Assembly: GCA_963722655.1 (NCBI GenBank) | Contig: CAVRNT010000001.1 | Span: 17,447 to 81,446 of the forward strand | Length of the DNA stretch: 64,000 nucleotides | Reading direction: 5' to 3' | From: an uncultured bacterium | GTDB lineage: Bacteria > Patescibacteriota > Minisyncoccia > UBA6257 > GWB1-50-10 | Shown: positions 30,757 to 40,582 of the stretch, one piece after another | Layout of the letters: each line of letters opens with the position of its first letter | Position numbering within the stretch: the first letter of the stretch is position 1 | The notes under the pieces: model-generated | What the model was told of the DNA's origin: nothing | The model's input: the letters and a program-made list of their open reading frames with translations, nothing else | Databases searched by the model: none | Translations under genes and position numbers: made by a program

Positions 30757-32574
30757 ATGATCAAACAATCATCGGGCGATCGGAAACGCCCGTACTCCGG
30801 TCGGACCTACGTCCGGCGCGGAAAGATTTCCGAAAACAAGCCCGGAAGCGGTTTCAAGAGACCGGTCTCGGAGCACCAGTCGCAGGGCGAAAAAGAGGCG
30901 ATCGTGAAGGAGTCCGGCGCGGTCCGTTTCGTTCCCTTGGGCGGTCTCGAGGAGGTGGGCCGCAATTGCTCGTTCTTCGAATACAAGGGCGATATCGTGG
31001 TGGTGGACGTCGGCATCCAGTTCCCGGAAGAGACCACTCCGGGAGTGGACTACATCATCCCGAACATCACCTACCTCGAAGAGAACAAGGACAAGATCAA
31101 GGCCATTCTCCTGACCCACGGCCATTATGACCACATCGCGGCCATCCATTACGTAATCGAGAAGATCGGTAATCCCGTGATCTACACGGCCGATTTCACG
31201 AAGGCGGTCGTCGAAAAACGGCACCAAGAGTTCGTGAACGCCCCCAAGCTCCATTTCGACGTCGTGAAGCACGGGGACAAGCGCAAGATCAGCGACAACC
31301 TGGAGGTCGAGTTCTTCAACGTCGACCACACCATCCCCGACGCCCTCGGTTTCCTCTTGAAGACGCCGGTGGGCAATATGGTGAACTTGGGCGACTTCCG
31401 CCTCAAGACCAACAAGGAAGGCAAGCCGATCGATCTCGGTGTCTACGAGGGTCTCGGGAAACGGGGGGTCCACAGCGTCTTTCTGGACAGCACCAACTCC
31501 CTGCGCCCGGGATTCTCCTTCTCCGAGATGACCGTCGAGGACAATCTCGAGGAGCTCATCAAGAACGCCAAGGGACGGGTTATCCTCGCGACCTTCGCGT
31601 CACTCATGACGCGCGTCTTCGAGATCATCCGCATCGCCGAGAAGTACGGGCGCCTCGTCGCCCTGAACGGCCGGTCGATGAAAGACAATATGACGATCGC
31701 CCAGCAGCTCGGCTACTTCAAGCCCAAGAGCGGCACCATCGTCCCCTTGGAGGATGTCCATAAATACAAGGACGAAAAGGTGATGATCCTCACGACCGGC
31801 GCCCAAGGCGAGCCCAACGCCGGACTGATGCGCATCGTGAACGGCGAACACCGCGTCGTGCGGCTCAAGCCGACCGATACCGTTATCTTTTCCTCCTCGG
31901 TCATTCCGGGGAACGAGCGGAGCGTCCAAGGGCTGCAGGACAACATCGCACGGCAGGTGGACGAGGTCTACAACACCAAGCTCCTCGACATCCACTCGAG
32001 CGGCCACGCCCACAGCGAGGACTTGAAGCTCGTGATGAAGCTCCTCAAACCCGAGTTCGTCTTTCCCATCCACGCCTATTACTTCATGCGCAAGGCGCTC
32101 GTGAAGTTGGCCAAAGAGGTCGGCATCCCGCGGGAAAGGGTCATCGTCCTCGACAACGGCGACGTCGCTCTCTTGAAGAAAGGTAGCGTTGAAAGGATCG
32201 AAAACCAGGTGCCTTCGTCCTACGTCCTCGTGGACGGATTGGGAGTGGGCGACGTGAGTGAGATCGTCCTCAGGGACCGCCGGATGCTCTCCCAAGAAGG
32301 GATGTTTGTCGTCATCACGACGCTCGAAAAGCGGACCGGCCGCATCTTGAAGAATCCGGACATCATCTCGCGCGGCTTCATCTATCTCAAGGATAACCAC
32401 GAGCTCTTGGATGAGATCCGGAAGCGCGTCCGCGGCATCATCGGCCGCATCCCGCACCAGCAACCGACGGACGCGGACTATGTGAAGACGTTGATCCGCG
32501 ACCAACTCGGTCAGTTCTTGTATAACAAGACCAAACGCCGACCGATGATCTTACCGGTCATCATCGAGGTCTAG
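30757..32574 (+). CDS. rnj: Ribonuclease J
   Basis: PLGGLEEVGRN, THGHYDH, TGAQGEP, HSSGHA and RRPMILPVIIEV. Start moved downstream of tRNA-Leu. Confidence 0.95.
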   Translation: MIKQSSGDRKRPYSGRTYVRRGKISENKPGSGFKRPVSEHQSQGEKEAIVKESGAVRFVPLGGLEEVGRNCSFFEYKGDIVVVDVGIQFPEETTPGVDYIIPNITYLEENKDKIKAILLTHGHYDHIAAIHYVIEKIGNPVIYTADFTKAVVEKRHQEFVNAPKLHFDVVKHGDKRKISDNLEVEFFNVDHTIPDALGFLLKTPVGNMVNLGDFRLKTNKEGKPIDLGVYEGLGKRGVHSVFLDSTNSLRPGFSFSEMTVEDNLEELIKNAKGRVILATFASLMTRVFEIIRIAEKYGRLVALNGRSMKDNMTIAQQLGYFKPKSGTIVPLEDVHKYKDEKVMILTTGAQGEPNAGLMRIVNGEHRVVRLKPTDTVIFSSSVIPGNERSVQGLQDNIARQVDEVYNTKLLDIHSSGHAHSEDLKLVMKLLKPEFVFPIHAYYFMRKALVKLAKEVGIPRERVIVLDNGDVALLKKGSVERIENQVPSSYVLVDGLGVGDVSEIVLRDRRMLSQEGMFVVITTLEKRTGRILKNPDIISRGFIYLKDNHELLDEIRKRVRGIIGRIPHQQPTDADYVKTLIRDQLGQFLYNKTKRRPMILPVIIEV

Positions 32575-32579
32575 GAACG

Positions 32580-32609
32580 AAAAACCGCTTTGTAAAAAGG
32601 CGGTTTTTT
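32580..32609 (+). terminator. Rho-independent terminator after rnj
   Basis: aaaaaccgctt...aaggcggtttttt. Confidence 0.75.
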
Positions 32610-32624
32610 GTTTATGCTGATTTT

Positions 32625-33611
32625 ATGAAGCCAGTGCTCATCTCCGGCATCCAGCCGACGGGAAAACTCCATATCGGCAATTACCTGGGCTCGCTCCAGA
32701 ACTTCGTGGCGCTCCAAAACTCGGGCAAATACGAGTGTTATTTCTTTATCGCCGACCTTCATTCCCTCACCGAGGACTTCGACCCGAGGGAAAAGCCGAG
32801 GCAGGTCTTGAACGTCGCTTTGGACTACCTATCCGCCGGCATTGACCCCAAAAGGTCCGTTATCTTCCAGCAATCCGAGGTGCCGGCCCACAGCGAGCTC
32901 GCCGTCATTTTGAACAACTTCACTCCCCTTGGCGAACTGCGCCGGATGACGCAGTTCAAGGACAAGTCCGGAGATCGATCGGAAAACGTGAACGCCGGCC
33001 TTTTCGACTACCCGGTTCTCATGGCCGCCGATATATTGCTCTATGACGCCGCCTTCGTCCCTGTAGGCGACGATCAGGTCCAGCACCTGGAACTGGCGCG
33101 GACACTCGCCCGCCGATTCAACTCGCGCTTCGGCAAGACCTTCATCGAACCCAAACCGCTTCTTACGAGCGCCTCGCGCATAATGAGCTTGGACGATCCC
33201 ACAAAGAAGATGTCGAAGTCCCGCCCGACCGGATGCCTTTTGCTTGACGATGAACCGAACGTCATTCGCGAGAAGCTCAAACGGGCCACGACCGACTCCG
33301 GCCGCGAGGTGAAATACGACGAAAAGAACAAGCCCGGCATCTCGAACCTGCTCCAAATCTACGCCGGTACCATTAATGGTACCGTGCCGGAAGCCAAGCA
33401 GAAGTTCAAAAACGCGACTTATGCGGAATTCAAGAACGCCGTGGCTGAAGCGGTCATCAAGGAACTGGCCCCGTTCCAGAAAAAGAAGGAGGAGCTTACG
33501 AAAAACCCGGCGTCCGTAAAGAAGGTCCTTGCGGCCGGAGACAAAAAGGCCTTCTCCATTGCCGAGAAGAAAATAGTGGAGGTCAGGGGCAAAATAGGTT
33601 TAAACATATGA
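32625..33611 (+). CDS. trpS: Tryptophan-tRNA ligase
   Basis: SGIQPTGKLHIGN, YPVLMAADILL, VPVGDDQ and KMSKS. Confidence 0.97.
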   Translation: MKPVLISGIQPTGKLHIGNYLGSLQNFVALQNSGKYECYFFIADLHSLTEDFDPREKPRQVLNVALDYLSAGIDPKRSVIFQQSEVPAHSELAVILNNFTPLGELRRMTQFKDKSGDRSENVNAGLFDYPVLMAADILLYDAAFVPVGDDQVQHLELARTLARRFNSRFGKTFIEPKPLLTSASRIMSLDDPTKKMSKSRPTGCLLLDDEPNVIREKLKRATTDSGREVKYDEKNKPGISNLLQIYAGTINGTVPEAKQKFKNATYAEFKNAVAEAVIKELAPFQKKKEELTKNPASVKKVLAAGDKKAFSIAEKKIVEVRGKIGLNI

Positions 33612-34513
33612 GCATGGAAAACAATTTCGAGGCGCGGGTGATGGATGAGATGCTGATGGACCAGGCCTATGAGAGGGCGGAGAACATCATCGAGAAGGAC
33701 GCAATAAAGATAGACAATCAGTTCAGCTACCACAAAGACGCTGATCGTGACAGGGCATACGTCGAAAAAATGGAAGATGAATTCGAACGAGAGGCCACGC
33801 CGGAAGAAAAAGAGGTCAGTAAGATTGCAACCGTCTTCGAAACGCTGGTTTACACTCACGGCGAGCTAAGCAACTGGTTCGGCAAGGATGCCGTCACCAT
33901 CAAAACCTCCCGATACGACGACATCGTGAACAAAATAGACAGCTTGGTGGAATTCAGGAAAGAACCGGGGTCGGCTTCCTACCTCGGCCTTGCCATAGAC
34001 GTCACGATGAGCAAGGAGATGGACGAAAAGCTGGAAAGCATAAGAAAGCAGATAGACAGCGGAAAATTATCGGAAGTGAAGTACTTTCACTCAAAGCACA
34101 TCGGGATGACCGGTACGCTGCATGATGTCCCTCGCGTGATCGCCGCGGCCAACCAAGGGACCATTAGGCAGCTCACCGAACTTTGGATGGAAAACGACAA
34201 TAAGGCCTTGGCCAACCACTGGATCCAGTTCCAGATGCTGGAGAGTATGTTGCTGCAGGCCAAGACGTTCAAACGATACGCCGAATCCAGAAACAAACCG
34301 GATGTGGCTCAAACGTACGACTCGGCCATCACCACTCTGGAAGCCATCCTTTTCGACAAAAAGCGGGAGGTTAAAGATAGCGGCGAGAGGGATTCGGCCT
34401 TCATCGCGATCGAGGAAAGATTGAAGCACTTCGGCGAAACGCCGCAGAAAACGGCCGGTCCGGAAACCGGCCGCCGACGCCCCAAAGATACGATTAGGGT
34501 CTGGAGACCTTAA
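33608..34513 (+). CDS. Hypothetical protein
   Basis: 301-aa charged ORF coupled to trpS (ATGA overlap); the YDD...ID...LAIDVT pattern is weakly PD-(D/E)XK-like. Confidence 0.75.
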   Translation: MSMENNFEARVMDEMLMDQAYERAENIIEKDAIKIDNQFSYHKDADRDRAYVEKMEDEFEREATPEEKEVSKIATVFETLVYTHGELSNWFGKDAVTIKTSRYDDIVNKIDSLVEFRKEPGSASYLGLAIDVTMSKEMDEKLESIRKQIDSGKLSEVKYFHSKHIGMTGTLHDVPRVIAAANQGTIRQLTELWMENDNKALANHWIQFQMLESMLLQAKTFKRYAESRNKPDVAQTYDSAITTLEAILFDKKREVKDSGERDSAFIAIEERLKHFGETPQKTAGPETGRRRPKDTIRVWRP

Positions 34514-37500
34514 GGACTCCGAGCCAAATCGGCCAATCCTCTAATTTCGTTTCGAGTTCGGCTTCGAAGCGGTCCTTGCGGCCGAAATCGACGCTCGAGG
34601 CGTTCACTTCTCTTTTGAGGAACTCCGCATTCGCCGTGACGAGATGTTTTATCTCCTCCGGCCCGTCCACCATCAAGGCCGCCTTGTCCCTCGGCTCCAG
34701 CCCGGCGTCCTGACGCAGTCCCTGGACCATCCGGACGAGCTCCCGGAGCCACCCCTCTTCCTTGAGCTCGTGGGTTATGTTCGCGTCCAGGACGAAGCTC
34801 TCTTTGAGCTTGGTGTCGAAAATCACTTTTTTAACGTTCACCTCGTCGGCGAGTATGGCTTGCAGCTCGCCAGCGTTGCTTAATTCCTTATTCTTAATTC
34901 TCAATTCGCCAAGCGGCTGGCGGACTTTGATGCCGAGTTCCGCCCGCTTCGCGAGGACGGCGCTCGCCAGATCGCGAACCGCTTTCATATCCTTTACGAT
35001 TTTTTTATCGGCTTGCCCCGAGCCGCATCGAAGGGGCCAGTCCGCCAAATGAACGCTCATGTCTTGTTCCTTGTCTCTTGTTTCTTGTTCCCGCAGAGAC
35101 AGGTACAGCGCATCGGCGAAGAAGGGCGTGAAGGGCGCGATGATCTTGCTTATTTCGTTTAAAACATGACCGAGCGTCGACGATGCGGCCGCATGATCTT
35201 TCTTTCCGTCAGCCGACGGATCCGGTTTTTGGAAACGCCGCCGAGAGCGCCGGATATACCACCGCGAAAGGTCATCCACGAGGCGCTCGATCTCGTTCGC
35301 CCCGCCGTTCACGTCGTAACGGTTCAGGTCTTTGGTGACTGCTGCCGTGGTCTCGGTGAGGCGGGCCAAGATCCATTCGTCCAATGCGTTCTTGTTTCTT
35401 GCTTCCTGTCCCTTGCCTCTGACGCTCCTATCCGCATAGGTGTTCCAAAAAACATAGGAGTTATAGAGCATCGTGAAGAACTGGCGCGAGTTCTTTCCGA
35501 GTTCCGCCTCGTCGAACTTCTTCGGCTCGCCTGGCGGGTTCACGGTGTAAAAATACCAGCGGACGGCGTCCACGCCGTATTTCTGGATCATGTCCCACGG
35601 GCTCACGACGTTCCCCTTGGACTTGGACATCTTCTGGCCGTTCTTGTCCAAAACGAGACCGAGAGAGATGACGTTCTTGTACGAGGCACCGCGGCCGAGG
35701 ATGGTCGAGACGGCGAGGAGGGTGTAGAACCAGCCCCGGGTCTGGTCGATCCCCTCCACGATGTAGTCGGCCGGATAGGCCGTGAGCTTTTCAAAAGGAT
35801 AATGGTCCTCGGCGAAGGGCATCGCGCCCGAGTCGAACCAAACATCGATCACCTCCTTCACACGGACCATCTTCCCGCCGCATTTTTCGCACTTGAACTT
35901 CACCGCATCCACGTACGGTCTATGGAAATCGGCCTCGCCGGTCTCGTTCCTTGGCACCGGAACGGAGGAAGTGACAAGGTGGCCGGCAAGGGCCAGAAAT
36001 TCCCCGGCGAAGAGCTCTCCCTGTTTCTCCCGTTCCCGAACGGCCCGGAAAGAATCCCAACCCCCGAGAACGCTCGCGAGCATCCAGAGCGAATGTTCGT
36101 GGCCGACGACGAGAATCGTTTTCCCCTTATGCGTTTTTTCCATCTCTGCCACGAAAGCGTAGGCTCGCTTCCGAACATCGGTAAGCGTCTCGCCGCCCTT
36201 GGGCGACGTCGTGAACTTGTCCTGAAGCATCTTAAAAAGAGCGTGGTATTCGCGCAAGGGATGGCCGTTCATGTCGCCGGCACTTATCTCGCGGAGGCGC
36301 GGGTCGAACTTAACGGTCTTAAGGCCGAGCGCCTTCTTCAAGATCTCGGCGGTCTCTTTGGTACGCGTGAGGTCGGACGAAAAGCAGAGGTCCACGCACT
36401 CATTCTTCAAGGCGCGCGCCGTTTTCTCCACCTGCGCCCGGCCTTTCACCGTCAGGTGATATTTCTTTCTCTCCGGCCAGGAATCGATGATGTCCAAGAT
36501 TATCTCCTCGGCCTCGCCGTGGCGGACCAAGATATAGCGATTGCCGGAACTCTTGTGCCCGGCCGCTAGGTCCGCGCCGTTCCCGATAACCTTTGAGTGG
36601 CCGCATTTTTCGCAAACCCAAACGGGCAGAGGTGTTCCCCAATACCTTTCGCGCGATATCGCCCAATCCTTCACGTCCTTGAGCCACTCGCCGAAACGCC
36701 CCTCCTTGATGTTCTCCGGCACCCAGTTGATACCCTCGTTCTCGGCGATCATCTCCGCTTTGAGCCGGCTCATACCGATGAACCAGGAATCGCGGGCGTA
36801 GTAGAGAAGCGGCGTGCCGCACCGCCAGCAGAAGGGATAATCGTGCGTGTATTTCTCCTCGCTGAAGAGGCGGTTCTCCTTTTTCAAATGGTCCAGGATC
36901 TTCCTCTCCGTTTCCGGCGATTTGACGTAAAGCCCGGCGAAATTCTTCACCTCGGCGACGAATTTCCCCTCGGGCGTCACGGTATGGAATGTCGGGAGGC
37001 CGATCTTGAGGCCCAGCTTGTAGTCGTCCTCGCCGTACATCACGGCGGTGTGGACGACACCCGTGCCGTCTCCCGTCGTCACGAAGCCCGCCTCGTAGAT
37101 CCTGTAACTCGTCTTGTTCTTCAGGCTCGGGACGGCGAAGAGCGGTTCGTATTCCAGCCCGACGAGTTTTTCGCCCTTCACGGTCCCGAGATCGGCGAAG
37201 TTCTCGTGGAGGACGCTGCCTAAACGCGCTTTGGCCAAGATGTAGGTCTCGCCGCTTTGGACCCGGACGATCCTGTAGTCGATGTTCTTCCCGACCGCCA
37301 AAGCGACGTTGCCGGGCAGCGTCCAGGGCGTCGTCGTCCAGGAAAGGACGAAGGTGTTGCCCTCGACCGCCAAGCGGCCGATCTTCTGGCCTTTCTTCAG
37401 GCGGAACTTGATGAAGACCGAGGTATCGGTCGTCTCCCGGTATCCTTGGGCGAGCTCGTGCGAAGAGAGCGCCGTCCCGCACCGCGGGCACCACGGCACG

Positions 37501-38030
37501 ACCTTGTGGCCCTTGTACAAAAGCTTCTTATTCCACGCCTCTTTCAAGATGGACCAAACCGATTCGATATAGTCGTTCGCATAGGTGACGTAGGGGTGGG
37601 CCATGTCCAACCAAAAGCCCATCCGTTCCGTGAGGCGTTCCCATTCGTCCTTGTACTGCCAGACGGACTCTTTGCACTTCTCGTTGAAGGCCGCAATGCC
37701 GAACTTCTCTATATCCTTCTTGGACTTGAGACCCAATTTTCTCTCCACCTCGAGCTCCACCGGCAGACCGTGTGTGTCCCACCCCGCCCGGCGCGGAACG
37801 TAGTAGCCGGCCATCGTCTTGTAGCGCAGGATGATGTCTTTGAACGAGCGGGAGAGGACGTGATGGATGCCCGGCTGGCCGTTCGCCGTGGGCGGACCTT
37901 CGTAGAAGACGAACTTTTTGCCCTTCTCGCGGTTCTTGAGGGACTTCTCGAAGACCCTGTTCGCCTGCCAGGATTTCAGGACCTTTTCCTCCACCTCCGG
38001 CAGGGAGAATTTTTCTAGGCGCTCTAACAT
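34494..38030 (-). CDS. ileS: Isoleucine-tRNA ligase (type 2) with inserted histidine-phosphatase domain
   Basis: EGPPTANG, GWDTHGLP, WTTTPWTL, GTGVVH, ISRERYWGTP, VWFDSG, DQTRGWF and KMSKS; insertion has LVRHGE...SSDLTR...RLRE...GE...VGH. Confidence 0.95.
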   Translation of the reverse strand: MLERLEKFSLPEVEEKVLKSWQANRVFEKSLKNREKGKKFVFYEGPPTANGQPGIHHVLSRSFKDIILRYKTMAGYYVPRRAGWDTHGLPVELEVERKLGLKSKKDIEKFGIAAFNEKCKESVWQYKDEWERLTERMGFWLDMAHPYVTYANDYIESVWSILKEAWNKKLLYKGHKVVPWCPRCGTALSSHELAQGYRETTDTSVFIKFRLKKGQKIGRLAVEGNTFVLSWTTTPWTLPGNVALAVGKNIDYRIVRVQSGETYILAKARLGSVLHENFADLGTVKGEKLVGLEYEPLFAVPSLKNKTSYRIYEAGFVTTGDGTGVVHTAVMYGEDDYKLGLKIGLPTFHTVTPEGKFVAEVKNFAGLYVKSPETERKILDHLKKENRLFSEEKYTHDYPFCWRCGTPLLYYARDSWFIGMSRLKAEMIAENEGINWVPENIKEGRFGEWLKDVKDWAISRERYWGTPLPVWVCEKCGHSKVIGNGADLAAGHKSSGNRYILVRHGEAEEIILDIIDSWPERKKYHLTVKGRAQVEKTARALKNECVDLCFSSDLTRTKETAEILKKALGLKTVKFDPRLREISAGDMNGHPLREYHALFKMLQDKFTTSPKGGETLTDVRKRAYAFVAEMEKTHKGKTILVVGHEHSLWMLASVLGGWDSFRAVREREKQGELFAGEFLALAGHLVTSSVPVPRNETGEADFHRPYVDAVKFKCEKCGGKMVRVKEVIDVWFDSGAMPFAEDHYPFEKLTAYPADYIVEGIDQTRGWFYTLLAVSTILGRGASYKNVISLGLVLDKNGQKMSKSKGNVVSPWDMIQKYGVDAVRWYFYTVNPPGEPKKFDEAELGKNSRQFFTMLYNSYVFWNTYADRSVRGKGQEARNKNALDEWILARLTETTAAVTKDLNRYDVNGGANEIERLVDDLSRWYIRRSRRRFQKPDPSADGKKDHAAASSTLGHVLNEISKIIAPFTPFFADALYLSLREQETRDKEQDMSVHLADWPLRCGSGQADKKIVKDMKAVRDLASAVLAKRAELGIKVRQPLGELRIKNKELSNAGELQAILADEVNVKKVIFDTKLKESFVLDANITHELKEEGWLRELVRMVQGLRQDAGLEPRDKAALMVDGPEEIKHLVTANAEFLKREVNASSVDFGRKDRFEAELETKLEDWPIWLGVLKVSRP

Positions 38031-38077
38031 TCCTCTGATTTTACCAGAAAAAATGGGCTCTTTCCACTTATCCCCAA

Positions 38078-38106
38078 AAATTATCGAGGTTCAACCTCGA
38101 TAATTT
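38078..38106. repeat. 14-bp-arm palindrome between argS and ileS
   Basis: aaattatcgaggtt-c-aacctcgataattt; the core resembles the asnB palindrome. Confidence 0.75.
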
Positions 38107-38108
38107 GG

Positions 38109-39665
38109 TCACATTTTGGAGGGGGCGGAGATCCCAAGCAGAGTAAAGAGGTTCTCTAGAACTACCGCGGTCGCTTGGACGAGAGCCAACCGGGCGTTTT
38201 TGACGTCCTGCCTCTCCCCAATCACCCGCTCCTTCTCGTAGAACTGCTGGAAGTCCTTGGCGAGGTCTAAGGCGTAGCGCGCCAAATGGTGGACCTGATA
38301 GTCCTTGGCCGCCGCTTCGATGACCGCCGGGAATTCCAATATCTGCCGGATAAGTTTCTCATCCTCGGGGGTGTTTAAAAGCGCGAGCGCTTTCGGGTCC
38401 ACTTTCGCCCTGCCGGCCTTCTTGATGACGCTCTTCGCCCGAACGTAGGAATACTGGACGTAGTAGACCGGGTTCTTGTTGGATTGCTCTTTGGCGAGCG
38501 CGAGGTCGAAATTCACGTGGGTGTTCGCCGAGACCATGAGCGAGAAGAAGCGGAAAACATCACGGCCGACCTCCTTGAGGAGCTCATCCACGGTTACATA
38601 GAGCCCCTTGCGCTTGGACATCCTGACGGCCTGGCCGTTCTGGACGAGGTGCACGAATTGCATCAGGATGATCGTCAATTTGTCCTTAGCTCCCAGGACC
38701 TCGGCCGCCGCCATTATCCTCGGCACGTCGCCGTGATGGTCGGTGCCCCAGACGTTGATGACGCGGTCGAACTTCCGTTCCAAGAACTTGTTGCGGTGAT
38801 AGGCGAAGTCCACGGCAAAATAGGTCGGTTCGCCGTCGGATTTGAGGAGCACCCGGTCCTTCTCGTCGCCGAACTTCGCCGCCCGGAACCAGAGCGCGCC
38901 GTCCTTTTCATAGGCCAGGTCTTTTTTCTTCAGCCATTCCAAGTTCTTTTTCACGGCGCCGGTCCGGTGGAGCGTCTTTTCCGAGAACCAAACGTCCATC
39001 TTGATGCCCATCCCGTCCCGCACCGTCTTCTTGATGGTCTTCAGGATCTCCCCCGCCGCCTTTTCGCCGACGACCTTCGGGTCGCTCCCCTTGATCTTCT
39101 TTTTCAAATTGTCGATGTATTCGCCGCGGTATTCTATCGGCTCCACTCCCAGAATGGACCGGCCGAGGGAGGTGATCTGCCCGCCCGCGTCGTTGAAATA
39201 GTATTCCTTAGTCACTTTGTAACCGGAAAACTTGAGGACATTCGCCAAGACGTCGCCGTAGACGCCGCCGCGACCGTTACCCAGCGTAAGCGGGCCGGTC
39301 GGGTTCGCCGAGACGAATTCCACTTGGATCTTTTCCTTTTTCGGGCTGCCCGTCCCGAACTTCTTTTTTTCCTTCAAGACCTTGAGCAGTCCGGCGTTCA
39401 AAGCGGCGGGGGTGAGATAGAAATTGACGAAGCCGGGGCCGGCCGATTCCACTTTTTCAAAAAACCCGGCTGGGGCGTTTTCCTTGACATCCCGCACTAA
39501 GGCGGCGGCGATCGCCGCCGGGTTCCTCCCTTGCTCCTTGGCGAGTTTGAAGGCGATCGTCGTCGCATAGTGCGCGCCCCGGTTTTCGGGCACGACGATG
39601 TCGGTCTCCTTGGCCTCGGGGACGATCTTCCGCAGGATCTTCAAAATGGTGTCTTTGGCACTCAC
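38109..39665 (-). CDS. argS: Arginine-tRNA ligase
   Basis: AGPGFVNF, VEFVSANPTGPL, YFNDAGGQ, RMSKRKG, NPVYYVQY and LGISAPSKM. Confidence 0.96.
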   Translation of the reverse strand: MSAKDTILKILRKIVPEAKETDIVVPENRGAHYATTIAFKLAKEQGRNPAAIAAALVRDVKENAPAGFFEKVESAGPGFVNFYLTPAALNAGLLKVLKEKKKFGTGSPKKEKIQVEFVSANPTGPLTLGNGRGGVYGDVLANVLKFSGYKVTKEYYFNDAGGQITSLGRSILGVEPIEYRGEYIDNLKKKIKGSDPKVVGEKAAGEILKTIKKTVRDGMGIKMDVWFSEKTLHRTGAVKKNLEWLKKKDLAYEKDGALWFRAAKFGDEKDRVLLKSDGEPTYFAVDFAYHRNKFLERKFDRVINVWGTDHHGDVPRIMAAAEVLGAKDKLTIILMQFVHLVQNGQAVRMSKRKGLYVTVDELLKEVGRDVFRFFSLMVSANTHVNFDLALAKEQSNKNPVYYVQYSYVRAKSVIKKAGRAKVDPKALALLNTPEDEKLIRQILEFPAVIEAAAKDYQVHHLARYALDLAKDFQQFYEKERVIGERQDVKNARLALVQATAVVLENLFTLLGISAPSKM

Positions 39666-39759
39666 ACTTTAAATCTACCCGGATTGAAACAATAAAAAAA
39701 GAGGTAAAACACCTCCGGTATGGATAAAAACCAGCGACAAGTGCTAACCTGAATGGGTA

Positions 39760-40200
39760 ATGAAGACATTGGCCGAAAACAGGCGTGTCCGTTTCGACTA
39801 CGACATATCGGAGAGGTATGACGCGGGCATTGAACTCAAGGGCTTTGAGGCCAAAGCCGTCGTTTTGGGGCACGCGAACCTCGCCGGCGCCTACGCCGTG
39901 GTGAAGGAGAACGAGGTCTGGCTCATAAACTGCGACATCCCGCCCTACCAGCCCAAGAATACACCGCCGGATTACGACTCCAAGCGCCCCCGCCGCCTTC
40001 TCCTCAAGCGCGAAGAGATCGCCGAGCTAGTGGGCCGCACGAAGGAGAAAGGATTGACTTTGGTGCCCATCAAGATATATAATAAGAGCCATCTCGTTAA
40101 GGTGGAATTGGGCCTCGGCCGCAGCCGCAAGAAGGCGGACAAACGCGAGGCGCTCAAAAAGAAGGCCACTGACCGCGAGATCCGTAATTTCAAAAGTTAG
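39760..40200 (+). CDS. smpB: SsrA-binding protein
   Basis: AENRR..FDY, AGIEL.G.E.K, R.R.LLL and DKRE. Confidence 0.95.
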   Translation: MKTLAENRRVRFDYDISERYDAGIELKGFEAKAVVLGHANLAGAYAVVKENEVWLINCDIPPYQPKNTPPDYDSKRPRRLLLKREEIAELVGRTKEKGLTLVPIKIYNKSHLVKVELGLGRSRKKADKREALKKKATDREIRNFKS

Positions 40201-40210
40201 GGTTACGAAT

Positions 40211-40523
40211 GGGGATGTCGGGCTTTGACAGGGCATCTTCTTCGGAAATCGCGAGCCGAGCCGACTGACTCGTAAATCCGGTCAAAATCTTAACTGCCAA
40301 CAAAACAGCAGTTCCGGCTTTAGCTTTCGCTTAAGCCGGCATCGGTCTCCAACGCCCACTAGGAGGTTACCGGTGTCATATCGCGGGCTCTGGTTCCACG
40401 AGGCCGCTTTGCCCAAGCGGGACCGAAACTAAGCAAAGCATTTCGTACTTGATTTCAAGCACTACGCTCGTAGAAGGTTTTCGATGAACGTCCTGGATGT
40501 GGGTCCAACTCCCACCATCTCCA
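40211..40523 (+). ncRNA. ssrA: tmRNA; tag peptide ANKTAVPALAFA* at 40296-40334
   Basis: GGGGATG...CATCTCC-A acceptor stem with G3:U, a T-arm, taact-GCC resume context and an Ala-ending tag; directly after smpB. Confidence 0.93.
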
Positions 40524-40527
40524 CAAC

Positions 40528-40555
40528 CAAAACCGCCTCATATGAGGCGGTTTTG
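40528..40555 (+). terminator. Terminator after ssrA
   Basis: caaaaccgcctcat/atgaggcggttttg. Confidence 0.8.
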
Positions 40556-40582
40556 TTATCCACACCATTCCCGCCACCGGCG

